Position numbers and translations under genes: made by a program
Notes under the pieces: generated by a model
The model's input: the letters and a program-made list of their open reading frames with translations, nothing else
Told to the model about the DNA's origin: nothing
Databases searched by the model: none
Assembly (NCBI GenBank): GCA_029213005.1
Contig: JARGPI010000030.1
Coordinates: 3,984 to 67,983, forward strand
From: Verrucomicrobiales bacterium
Lineage (GTDB): Bacteria > Verrucomicrobiota > Verrucomicrobiia > Verrucomicrobiales > DEV007
DNA: 64,000 nucleotides
Direction of reading: 5' to 3'
Part shown: positions 29,486-38,352 of the stretch, in pieces
How the letters are laid out: every line of letters begins with the position of its first letter
Numbering within the stretch: the stretch's first letter is position 1

Positions 29486-31348
29486 ATGAAAATTACCAAA
29501 GAACACATCGAACACGTCGCCGGAGACATGGAAGTCTCCTACGAGGAACTGGAGAAATTTGCTGCTTTGGGAGAAGAAAAAGTTTTCGCGAAAGGTGACT
29601 ATCTGTTTCACGAATCCGCTCCGCGGAAATGGTTCGGTATTGTTCTGATCGGTAAAATCAATCTGCAGCGGGGACTCGCGGGACGCAGCGTTACGATCGC
29701 CTGCCTTGGCGAAGGCGCGGTCATCGGGGAATCCCTTTTCATCGATGATTTGGACCACAGCGTTTCGGGCCTCGCTCTGGAGGAATCTCATATCTGGACG
29801 ATTTCGAAAGAGAATATCGAGAACTTCCGCCGCGAAAAACCGGAAATTTACTATCATATCGTGCGTCGGGCCGCCCGGCGAACCAGCGCCCGGCTCAGAG
29901 AGACCACTGAGATGTTGCTTCATTCTGAGCATCAGAGAAGTGACATCACCGACTACCGGCGGGAACACGATTCCCTTGGCGATCGCGAAGTTTCGAACGC
30001 TCACTACTACGGGGTGCAGACCACCCGGGCGATGGAGAACTTCACTTTCTCCGGAGTGAAACTCTCTCATTTCCAACATCTTGTGAACGCCTTCGCCTAC
30101 GTCAAAAAGGGCGCGGCGATTGCGAACTCCATCCTCGGGGTTCTCGACCCGAAAATATCCGATGCGATTTGCGCTGCCTGCGACCGGATTCTCGCCGGGG
30201 AATTTCATGAACATTTTGCGGTCGATATGGTGCAGGGCGGAGCCGGAACCTCGTCGAACATGAATGCGAATGAGGTCATCGCCAATATCGCACTCGAGAT
30301 CATGGGGCACCGGAAGGGGGAATACCGCTACTGCCACCCGAATGACCACGTCAATTGTTCACAGTCAACCAACGACGCTTATCCCACCGCCGTAAAAATA
30401 GCGGTAGTCGCTTCGACTCACGAAACGGTTTCGGCGTTGAAAGTCCTCCGAAAATCATTTCAGGCAAAAGCCGAGGAATTTTCCGACGTCATCAAAATGG
30501 GACGGACCGAGAACCAGGACGCCGTCCCGATGACTCTGGGACAGGAATTTGCCGCTTACGGCGTGATGGTAAATGATGGAATTCGTCGTCTCGAACGGAT
30601 CTCCGAAGAATTGCTCATCGTGAATATGGGCGCAACCGCGATCGGGACCGGCCTTAACAGTCCGCAGGGATACGCCGCGCTCTGCACCCGGAAAATCAAT
30701 GAACTGAGCGGGCTTCACGTCAAACTCGCCCATGACCTGGTCGAAGCGACCCAGGATGCCGGGGACTTTGCGGAAATGAGCAGTGCTCTAAAGGTCACGG
30801 CGATTCAGATTTCAAAAATCTGCAATGACCTCCGCTGGGGATCTTCCGGCCCCCGATGTGGACTGGGCGAGATCAATCTCCCGCCGATGCAACCGGGCTC
30901 CTCGATCATGCCCGGGAAAGTGAATCCAGTGATCCCCGAGGTGGTGAACCAGATTTGTTATCAGATCATCGGGTCTGACCTGACCGTATCGATGGCCGCC
31001 GAAGCCAGTGAGTTCGAATTGAACATGGCCGAGCCAATCATGACCTACAATTTGCTGAGCAGTCTCATGCTTTTGAAAAACGCGGCGATCGTTCTCTCGA
31101 CCCGCTGCGTCAACGGGATCACTGCGAACCGGGAAAAGTGCGCCAACTACGTCAAGAACTCGATTGGGATCGTGACCGCGCTCAATCCGGTTCTGGGTTA
31201 CGAGAAGTCCGCATCGATCGCCAAAGAAGCGCTCGCCACCGACCGCAGCGTCTATGAACTGGTTCTGGAAAAAGGCTGGATCACCAAGAAGCGTCTCGAT
31301 GAACTGCTCAAGCCCGAGAAGATGGCGAATCCATTGCTCAGCGAGTGA
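29486..31348 (+). CDS. aspA: Aspartate ammonia-lyase with an N-terminal cyclic-nucleotide-binding-like domain
   Basis: AspA part from ~aa 150: REHDSLG, YYGVQT.RA.ENF, QGGAGTSSNMNANEVIAN, HPNDHVN, GSSIMPGKVNPV; aa 1-145 CAP/cNMP fold (FAKGDYLFHE, GEGAVIGE). Confidence 0.9.
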   Translation: MKITKEHIEHVAGDMEVSYEELEKFAALGEEKVFAKGDYLFHESAPRKWFGIVLIGKINLQRGLAGRSVTIACLGEGAVIGESLFIDDLDHSVSGLALEESHIWTISKENIENFRREKPEIYYHIVRRAARRTSARLRETTEMLLHSEHQRSDITDYRREHDSLGDREVSNAHYYGVQTTRAMENFTFSGVKLSHFQHLVNAFAYVKKGAAIANSILGVLDPKISDAICAACDRILAGEFHEHFAVDMVQGGAGTSSNMNANEVIANIALEIMGHRKGEYRYCHPNDHVNCSQSTNDAYPTAVKIAVVASTHETVSALKVLRKSFQAKAEEFSDVIKMGRTENQDAVPMTLGQEFAAYGVMVNDGIRRLERISEELLIVNMGATAIGTGLNSPQGYAALCTRKINELSGLHVKLAHDLVEATQDAGDFAEMSSALKVTAIQISKICNDLRWGSSGPRCGLGEINLPPMQPGSSIMPGKVNPVIPEVVNQICYQIIGSDLTVSMAAEASEFELNMAEPIMTYNLLSSLMLLKNAAIVLSTRCVNGITANREKCANYVKNSIGIVTALNPVLGYEKSASIAKEALATDRSVYELVLEKGWITKKRLDELLKPEKMANPLLSE

Positions 31349-31366
31349 TTTCAGCGAGCGTCGTAA

Positions 31367-31494
31367 TCGTAGACACGTCCTTTGGACGTTTGCGATGCGG
31401 GAGCCCGGGGCTTGATGGGAACCTCCAAAGGAGGTTGCTACTGGCTTCGCAAACCTCGTAGACACGTCCTTTGGACGTTTACGATGCAGGAGCC
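31367..31494. repeat. BIME-like cluster of three GTAG-tagged REP-type palindromes
   Basis: 39-bp direct repeats at 31367-31405 and 31456-31494 (2 mismatches), each GTAG-AC-ACGTCC-TTT-GGACGT; inverted variant GTAG-C-AACCTCC-TTT-GGAGGTT at 31420-31441 on the minus strand; between convergent genes. Confidence 0.85.
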
Positions 31495-31560
31495 ACATAT
31501 CTCCCGTCGCATGCCCACCTGGCAACTCCCTCCCAACCGCGAGGGCGCGCTCCCCCCGCA

Positions 31561-32790
31561 CTACGCCTCTACGGTTTCCTTCAACACATCCATCATCCGC
31601 TTCATCCGGGCGTCGGCTACCGCTTTGCCTGCTGCGGCTTTGGCACGGGCGGCCTTCTGATCGGTAGCAATGGCGAGAACTGCAGGGGTGAGCCCTTTCT
31701 CCGCCTCGTCAAAATCGTGATTGAAGAGCCACTCGGAGAGTCCGATATCTTTCCACATAAACCCTTTACTGGTCTGCTCTTTGTAGCGACACACGATGGC
31801 CGGAATCCCATGTCCGATACAGAGAATCGGGCTGTGTTGCTCGTTACCAAAAAGACCGGCACTGCGAGTGTAAACACTGGTCGCAAAATCGGTGAGCCAG
31901 TAGTCCTCGCGCCACACCACTTTCTCTTTCACATCGGCAGGGAGCTTGTCGTAGATCATCTCCTTGTTCAATTTCATCTGGGTCGCATCTTCAGGACAAA
32001 GAAGGACTTTCATGTCGGTTTCTTTTACGAGAGCGATCACCGCGTCTCGCAGCGGGCTGATGTCGTGCTCTTTCATCTCCTCATTCCGGGCGTGCTTTTT
32101 CTCGTCGAATTTGTAGCCCTTTTTGACTTCCCAGTACGGAGTGTTTCTCAGCTTCGGGATACAACACATGAATTTACCTTCCTCGAGCCCCACCTCTTTA
32201 AGCCAGGCTTCAGCCGCCGCATCGGCAGTTAAATCACAGGCGAAAGTAGCGTCGGGTCCAAATTCCATAATTGGACAGGTGGCCCCTTTGTCTTTGGCAA
32301 GCTGCAGGGAAACGGAATCCCGGAAAAAGGTGAAATCAGCGCCGTTGATAACTTTGAGCCCTTCATCGGAGTAACTCCAGGTAACGCCGCCAATGCCGTA
32401 GGGCTTGCCGGTTTTCTCCGACCATTCGATGATCGACTTCTGGGCGACGATGCCGGGACCGGAACCGTGCAGGAGGAAATCGCAGTTTTCAAAAGCCTCC
32501 TTTTTAGCCTCACCGGTCCGCTCCATGATAGTGAGTTTCGGGAAACGCTTCCGAAGCATATCTTCAACCCCGTTTCCGACGTGGCTCGGCCAGAGTGTGA
32601 TGTCATACTCCGGCAGATGCCTTTCGAGCAATGTCAGCATTCCCGGGGTGTGGGCGATATCCCCGATGTTAACCGTCTGCCAGGATGAACGAAGCAGGAT
32701 TTTCTTTCGGGGACCGGCAGCCCGGACCGGAGTTAAGGCAGCCGCGGTGGTCGCAGCAAGAGTGGTTTCCAAAAAATGACGGCGTTGCAT
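31561..32790 (-). CDS. Tat-exported polysaccharide pyruvyl transferase family protein
   Basis: MQRRHFLE Tat signal (ATG 32790); SSWQTVNIGDIAH, HGSGP, FFRDSVS, FGPDATF. Confidence 0.8.
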   Translation of the reverse strand: MQRRHFLETTLAATTAAALTPVRAAGPRKKILLRSSWQTVNIGDIAHTPGMLTLLERHLPEYDITLWPSHVGNGVEDMLRKRFPKLTIMERTGEAKKEAFENCDFLLHGSGPGIVAQKSIIEWSEKTGKPYGIGGVTWSYSDEGLKVINGADFTFFRDSVSLQLAKDKGATCPIMEFGPDATFACDLTADAAAEAWLKEVGLEEGKFMCCIPKLRNTPYWEVKKGYKFDEKKHARNEEMKEHDISPLRDAVIALVKETDMKVLLCPEDATQMKLNKEMIYDKLPADVKEKVVWREDYWLTDFATSVYTRSAGLFGNEQHSPILCIGHGIPAIVCRYKEQTSKGFMWKDIGLSEWLFNHDFDEAEKGLTPAVLAIATDQKAARAKAAAGKAVADARMKRMMDVLKETVEA

Positions 32791-32895
32791 AGGCGGGACC
32801 CTATTTGCAGGCCTATGGCTTCGCAACCAGTTCCAAATCAGAACCACGTGCCTTTTCTCCAGATGGAAGGGAGCTAAAAAAGCGGTTTCGCTTTC

Positions 32896-33627
32896 CTATG
32901 CCTCCGGTGTTCTCTCTCTTCGGCGCGGGCCGCCTTCCGGACGACGTCTCCGGGTTTCTTGTTCCTCGGGAGTCGAGCCGATCACGATATCAAACTTCGC
33001 CGACAATTCTCCGGTTTCTGAGTTGGGGACCGGTTTGAAATCAGCCATCAGCAATCCGGCGGCTTCCCCGAGCCTGCGAATCAATCCGTCGGTTTCATTC
33101 TGCTTTTCCCCTTTGACGAAAGTTTGCGTGGTCAACATCCGTTCATTCCCCCGGTAAACCGCGACATGGATATGGGGAGTCCGTCCCGGATAGCGCACCG
33201 GCTTGATGGTTCGGAAATAATACTCACCGGAACGCGATGTCACAAAGCGCCCGAATCCCTGAAAATTATTGTCCCGCTTCGGACCGGTCAGGCCTCCGTC
33301 ACGACTGTGGATATAGGCGCCTTTTCCGTCGACCTGCCAGATCTCAACCCGGGCATTGGGAACCGGATTCCCTTTCAAATCGGTCACGGTGCCGTGCAGA
33401 TGGGTGATTTCTCCGATCGCGGGCGTGATACCGTCGTTAATCACCAACAGGTCGTTATCCGTATCGAGAGGCAAGTGATCGGGATAAAAGGGCCCTTCCG
33501 TCATCCGGGGGGTTTTGCTGAGCGCTTCCGCAAAGGCTCCGCCAGTCGTGAAAAAAGCAGCAGACCCGGCCGCAGCCTTCAAAAGAAAATCGCGCCGATG
33601 ACATTCCGGACAAAAGTAGGGCTTCAT
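32896..33627 (-). CDS. Tat-exported intradiol ring-cleavage dioxygenase-like protein
   Basis: RRDFL Tat motif; EGPFYP, VEIWQVDGKGAY, YPGRTPHIHV (Tyr/Tyr/His/His iron ligands), LTTQ. Confidence 0.88.
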   Translation of the reverse strand: MKPYFCPECHRRDFLLKAAAGSAAFFTTGGAFAEALSKTPRMTEGPFYPDHLPLDTDNDLLVINDGITPAIGEITHLHGTVTDLKGNPVPNARVEIWQVDGKGAYIHSRDGGLTGPKRDNNFQGFGRFVTSRSGEYYFRTIKPVRYPGRTPHIHVAVYRGNERMLTTQTFVKGEKQNETDGLIRRLGEAAGLLMADFKPVPNSETGELSAKFDIVIGSTPEEQETRRRRPEGGPRRRERTPEA

Positions 33628-33685
33628 AAGTAATTTAAACCACCCGGACCGGAAATAGTTACGGAGGAACCACCGAAATACCGGT

Positions 33686-34678
33686 TCAACTTCGCAGCGA
33701 AATCAGCACCCGGGTTCCGGACTCGGTCGGGAATGCCTCCACGTCATCAACGTATTTCAGCAACCATTCTCTGCCGACGCTTTCGGTAAGCGTCGTGTCC
33801 GCCGGTTTGGGCTGGAGATGCTCGCAGATGTTAAAATCCTCCCTCGGGATGTCGAAAGCGACGCGAAATCCCGGGCTGAGGCTGTCGATCTCCATCGCGA
33901 AGCTCTCGTCCGCCCCCAGTTCCTTGACCATCGTTCGGCACAACTCCTGAACCGCGACATTCAGCTTCACGAGGCCTTCCGACGGAAACTCCACGAGGGC
34001 ACCGATCGTTCCGAGCAGCTGAGACAAATTCTGAAACTGCTCGGCATCCGGCTGGATCGTCATTTTCACTGGCTCGAAGGCAACCCGGGCCGGCATGGGC
34101 TCACCCGTTTCCGGCGGACGTTCTTCGGCCGGAGCAGGCGACTTAAAGATCACCGTTTCCTGGAGAGAGGAATCTTTCTTAAAAATCTGGGTGCGCAGAA
34201 GCGTCGAATCCGGCTTTCTCGATTCCGGCGCTTTCTCTTCGGGCTCCGGTTCGCGCCCGAAACCGATAATGCGGCGCAACGCATTCAACCCCGAACCGCC
34301 CTCTCGAGACGTTCCCCCGGCCTGATTCCCATCACGGGAAAAACCGGTAACCGCTTCCTCCCGTGTGCCGAAGACACCACAGTCTTTGGCAAAACCGACC
34401 GTGGTGAACAGACGGCCAACCTCGGGAGTGAGACGGCAGAATTTCAAATCCCCATCCTGCTCCCGGGCAAATTTCATGATTCGCTGAAACGCCTTGAAAC
34501 CCGAGCTGGAGACAAATTCCACGCCCGATAGATCGCAAATCAACCGCGACGAACCGATCCGGATCAAAGAATTCAATTCCTCCTCAACACGATCCACCGT
34601 GTAGGAGTCGATCCGACCGTCAACCGCCACGCAGGTGACGTTGGAATTGCCAGGTAGAGGTTGAACGTCAATTTCCAT
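33686..34678 (-). CDS. STAS (anti-sigma antagonist) domain fused to a degenerate RsbW-like HATPase domain
   Basis: N-terminal VDGRIDSYT ... DLSGVEFVSSSG ... L...LFTTVGF; Pro/Glu-rich linker; C-terminal KLNVAVQELC ... GREWLLKYVDDVEAF..ESGTRV with N- and G-boxes eroded. Confidence 0.75.
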   Translation of the reverse strand: MEIDVQPLPGNSNVTCVAVDGRIDSYTVDRVEEELNSLIRIGSSRLICDLSGVEFVSSSGFKAFQRIMKFAREQDGDLKFCRLTPEVGRLFTTVGFAKDCGVFGTREEAVTGFSRDGNQAGGTSREGGSGLNALRRIIGFGREPEPEEKAPESRKPDSTLLRTQIFKKDSSLQETVIFKSPAPAEERPPETGEPMPARVAFEPVKMTIQPDAEQFQNLSQLLGTIGALVEFPSEGLVKLNVAVQELCRTMVKELGADESFAMEIDSLSPGFRVAFDIPREDFNICEHLQPKPADTTLTESVGREWLLKYVDDVEAFPTESGTRVLISLRS

Positions 34679-34725
34679 AGTTCGTTTCTCAGGTTAATCA
34701 AAGGGCGTCCTGACATCAAACAAAA

Positions 34726-37700
34726 TCAGCGTCTCCCCCTGTTCCAGCCCAGCGTGGAAATCCGGAAGGAGATCAGACCGAACAAATCGGTGAGATCATC
34801 CAGAAAACAATAAATCGCGGGGATAAAAACCAGGGTCAGAACCGTGGAAAAGGAAAGTCCGCATACCACCACCACTGCGAGCGGTCGATACAACTCGGCG
34901 CCGGTTCCGTATCCGAGAGCCAGAGGAAACATTCCCAGAACGGTGGTCAAAGTCGTCATCAAAATCGGCCTCAGCCGAGTCAACCCGGCATTGATGATTG
35001 CCTCGTTCCTCGGTTGGCCCCGCGCCCGGAGTATATTGATGTAGTCGATCAAAATAATCGCATTGTTTACCACGATCCCCGCCAGCATAATGATACCGAT
35101 CATCGCTGTCAGCGAAATCAACTCCCCACTTAAATTCAAGCCCAGCACCGCTCCGATCAGTGACAACGGAACGGAAAACATAATCGTAAAAGGATGTATC
35201 AAACTCTCAAACTGACTCGCCATAATCATATAGACCAAAACGATCGCGACAATGAAGGCGTACACGAGATACCCGAGCGATTCGTGCATCGCTGCGGAGG
35301 AACCACCGAGCACCGCGCGATAGCCGGATTCCCGATAGGGAGCCACAGCCCGGGCGACCGGTTCCGCGAGCCGAGCCTCCACTTCCTCCAGCGAAAGGTT
35401 GTCTTTATCAATAAAAATCGGCACCGTCATAATCCGCTCCCGTTCCTCACGGTTAATCAGTCCGGGGCCGGCCTGCGATTCCACCGTCGCGACATCTCTC
35501 AATTTCCAGACCTGCCCGGTTACCGGCGAAATGATATCGAGATTAAGTAGATCATTCTCGCTATTCACCTTCGCTGCTGAAGAGAGCATAATATCATAGG
35601 AGGTATTGTTGATTTCTATATCAGTCACCTGATTCCCTGCTACTGCAGCTTCAACCTGATCCGCAATATCACTTAACGTCAGTCCGCGATCCGCGGCTGC
35701 CTCCCGTTTCACTTTCAGGACCCGCTCCGGCATCCCTTTTGGAATTTGCCCCAAACTGGTGATTCCATAGTTAGCTCGTTTTTCCGAAAGCTCCCCCAAG
35801 AGCCCACCTTCCCCATCGGCTCCAGTCAGAATTTCCCGAATCGTTACCAGATCCGGGCCGGTTAATTTTAAAAGGATATCTCCCTGACTGGTTCCGAGCA
35901 GGTTCTGAATCGGGTTAAGGCTCTGAAGCTGGAAATCGAGAAACGTATCGCGCAACCCGGGATCGTTGGCGAGTGCATCCATCACCGGCGCCAGTTCTTT
36001 GACCGGCTGAACCTGACCATCCATCACCTCCGCTTTATCAAAACTGGCGATCACCCTGACCTCACGGGGCGACACCGAGACGCTGTAGTGACTTAAGGTC
36101 CCGATCCCCCCCAGTTTCGTTTCAATAGCGCGGGCCGAAAGATCTACGGCATCGAGAGTCTGCCCCGCCCTCGCCCGCAACGCCAACTGATAGCTCTCCA
36201 CTTTCGTCTCAGGGAAAAACTCAGCGGAGGGAAGCTGGTAGATCGTTACCACAAACGCGAGTGCCATAATCAGGATCAAAAGCACCCGCACTGCTACCGA
36301 TTCGATCACCGTTTTCAGAATGAGTCGATACCCGTTCGATACCGCTTTTGCGAACTGAACGAGGGGCCACAGCACAAATTGAATGGCGCGGTTGAGCCAA
36401 TCGAAGACCGCGAATTTCATACCCATCACTTTGAAAGTGAGCATTGGTATCAAGGTGAAAGCCACTACCATCGAAAAGATCAAAGTGTAGGTAATCACCC
36501 AGGAAAGATCGCGAAAAATCTGTCCGGCAATCCCGGGAACAAACACCACCGGCAAAAATACCGCGATCGTTGTCAGGGTGCTCGCCCAGACCGCAGGACC
36601 GATCTCTGCAATTGCCTCCATCACCGCTTTTTTGAACCTCCGTTCGTGCGACATCTTCTGGAAGATCGCTTCGGTCACCACAATCGCATTATCGACCACC
36701 ATGCCGACAGCGAGGGTCAAACCGGCCATCGAGAAAATATTGATACTGATCTTCCCCGCATAAAACAGGGAAAACGTCGCGATCACCGACACCGGCATCG
36801 CCAACACCACGATAAAGGTCGACTGGAACCGGCCCAGAAACACCAGTAGAATGATGCTGGCTAAAATCAGCCCCATCAATCCATTGGACCGCACCATATC
36901 GAGCGATTCCTTGATGAAAACCGACTCGTCGTAGGCAATGGTGATTTGCAGAGGTGGTGCCAGCTTGGTCAGCTCCTCTGCCGAAACATTCGGCGCATCG
37001 CGCCGGGTCAGATCAACGAGGACTTCGGCCTGCACCTCACGGGCGGAACTACAGATTTCAACCGAGTTTCCCCCACCCTTTTTATAAATCGAAACCTCGA
37101 CTGATGACGTCGCAAGGTCTGCGGCACGGGTCTTCAACCGGGCGTAACTCGCCGCACTTTTTTCAACCTCGCGGGAGCTAACCTGCGCCACCTCGCCAAG
37201 CCGCCGAATTTCACTACCCGGCGGACTGACAATAAGCAGGGACAGATTCTCGATCGATACTGCGCCCACAGTCCGAATGAGAAAAAGACTGTCACCTTCC
37301 TGTAGTTTCCCGCCCCGTTGAGACAGGTTTTCCCGTCCCAGCGCATCCCGCACCGCAAGTATAGAAAGACCCACAGCGCGTAACTTATCAGGATCGGCCC
37401 GGACCTGAACTTCATATTCTTTCCCGCCCTGCACCTCAACCGCCGCCACTCCGTTGAGCCGTTCCAGGCGGGGCTTAATGGTACGCAGTACGACATCTCT
37501 CAATTCATCGGGATGAACCGGATTCGACGCAGCGGGGTTCGATGCGATATTTAACACCATCACCGCACCGGAGGAGGAGGCACCTTTGAGAACGATCGGC
37601 TCCTCAGCTTCCTCCGGCAGATCGCTTCGAACCTCATCCAGCTTGGCCCTCACATCCATCGCGGCGAGATCCATATTGGTTCCCCATTGAAACGTCAGAT

Positions 37701-37968
37701 TGATCCGGCTGCGCTCATCTCCCGATGTCGAAACCATCGAAGTCGCCCCCTTCACCGTGCCCAGCTTTTCTTCAATCTTCCGGGTCACATTTTGTTCGAT
37801 TTCACTACTGGCCGCGCCCTCGTATTGTGTTTCGATCATCAGCTCCGGCTGGCTGACATCGGGGAACAAATCCTGAGGAAGTCGCTGATAGGCCGCTCCG
37901 CCAAACAATATCATCAGAAGCGTCAACATAAGGACGCTTACCGGACGATTGACGGAAAATTCTTTCAT
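34726..37968 (-). CDS. RND efflux permease (AcrB/MdtB-like), subunit B
   Basis: FSVNRPV, DLFPDVSQP, GMVVDNAIVV, GIVVNNAIILID, RLRPILMTTLTT; ATG at 37968 preferred over track start 38055. Confidence 0.95.
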   Translation of the reverse strand: MKEFSVNRPVSVLMLTLLMILFGGAAYQRLPQDLFPDVSQPELMIETQYEGAASSEIEQNVTRKIEEKLGTVKGATSMVSTSGDERSRINLTFQWGTNMDLAAMDVRAKLDEVRSDLPEEAEEPIVLKGASSSGAVMVLNIASNPAASNPVHPDELRDVVLRTIKPRLERLNGVAAVEVQGGKEYEVQVRADPDKLRAVGLSILAVRDALGRENLSQRGGKLQEGDSLFLIRTVGAVSIENLSLLIVSPPGSEIRRLGEVAQVSSREVEKSAASYARLKTRAADLATSSVEVSIYKKGGGNSVEICSSAREVQAEVLVDLTRRDAPNVSAEELTKLAPPLQITIAYDESVFIKESLDMVRSNGLMGLILASIILLVFLGRFQSTFIVVLAMPVSVIATFSLFYAGKISINIFSMAGLTLAVGMVVDNAIVVTEAIFQKMSHERRFKKAVMEAIAEIGPAVWASTLTTIAVFLPVVFVPGIAGQIFRDLSWVITYTLIFSMVVAFTLIPMLTFKVMGMKFAVFDWLNRAIQFVLWPLVQFAKAVSNGYRLILKTVIESVAVRVLLILIMALAFVVTIYQLPSAEFFPETKVESYQLALRARAGQTLDAVDLSARAIETKLGGIGTLSHYSVSVSPREVRVIASFDKAEVMDGQVQPVKELAPVMDALANDPGLRDTFLDFQLQSLNPIQNLLGTSQGDILLKLTGPDLVTIREILTGADGEGGLLGELSEKRANYGITSLGQIPKGMPERVLKVKREAAADRGLTLSDIADQVEAAVAGNQVTDIEINNTSYDIMLSSAAKVNSENDLLNLDIISPVTGQVWKLRDVATVESQAGPGLINREERERIMTVPIFIDKDNLSLEEVEARLAEPVARAVAPYRESGYRAVLGGSSAAMHESLGYLVYAFIVAIVLVYMIMASQFESLIHPFTIMFSVPLSLIGAVLGLNLSGELISLTAMIGIIMLAGIVVNNAIILIDYINILRARGQPRNEAIINAGLTRLRPILMTTLTTVLGMFPLALGYGTGAELYRPLAVVVVCGLSFSTVLTLVFIPAIYCFLDDLTDLFGLISFRISTLGWNRGRR

Positions 37969-37989
37969 AAAATCAGCGAGATAAAGGGA

Positions 37990-38335
37990 CGAAAGTTCGA
38001 GACGGTACAGGGTCAAACATTTCGCACCTGTGATTCCAGAGATCAAAAAGCCCAAAGGGCTGATTCAGTCTAGCCCGGGGCAGCGCCCCGGGTTTGGATA
38101 CTAATAAATTTTCAGCGCTGAAGGCGCGATTCAAGCTGGCCACCACGATGGGGCGTACAAACAAATTTGGATTTCGTATCACCCTCTTTACCGCTGTTTG
38201 AATCGCACTTTCAGCGCTTTTTCTGAGGGGCGTCCGAATTCCCGGGGCGCTGCCCCGGGCTGGTTTGAATCGCGCCTTTAGCGCTGCGAAAGTTCGAGAC
38301 TGTACAGGGTACAGTCCAAAAGTGTACAGGGTACA
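37990..38335. repeat. Composite palindromic element (A-B-A ... A'-B'-A', 38049-38285) bracketed by 24-bp direct repeats, followed by TGTAC-N3-GTACA doublet locus 3
   Basis: B unit AGCCCGGGGCAGCGCCCCGGG at 38072-38092 and its exact inverse at 38241-38261; A units AGCGCTGAAGGCGCGATTCAA-like at 38049, 38114, 38198(-), 38265(-); CGAAAGTTCGAGAC(G/T)GTACAGGGT at 37990-38013 and 38287-38310; TGTACAGGGTACA at 38301 and 38323. Confidence 0.88.
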
Positions 38336-38352
38336 ATCGGTAAAACTCATCA

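Noticed and set aside
31367-31494. Direct repeats as a CRISPR array
   Set aside because: Only two copies, the 'spacer' is itself an inverted variant of the repeat, and no cas genes are present; better explained as REP/BIME
33598-33612. CPECH as a heme c attachment site in the dioxygenase
   Set aside because: It lies in the Tat signal peptide just before RR and would be cleaved off; probably chance
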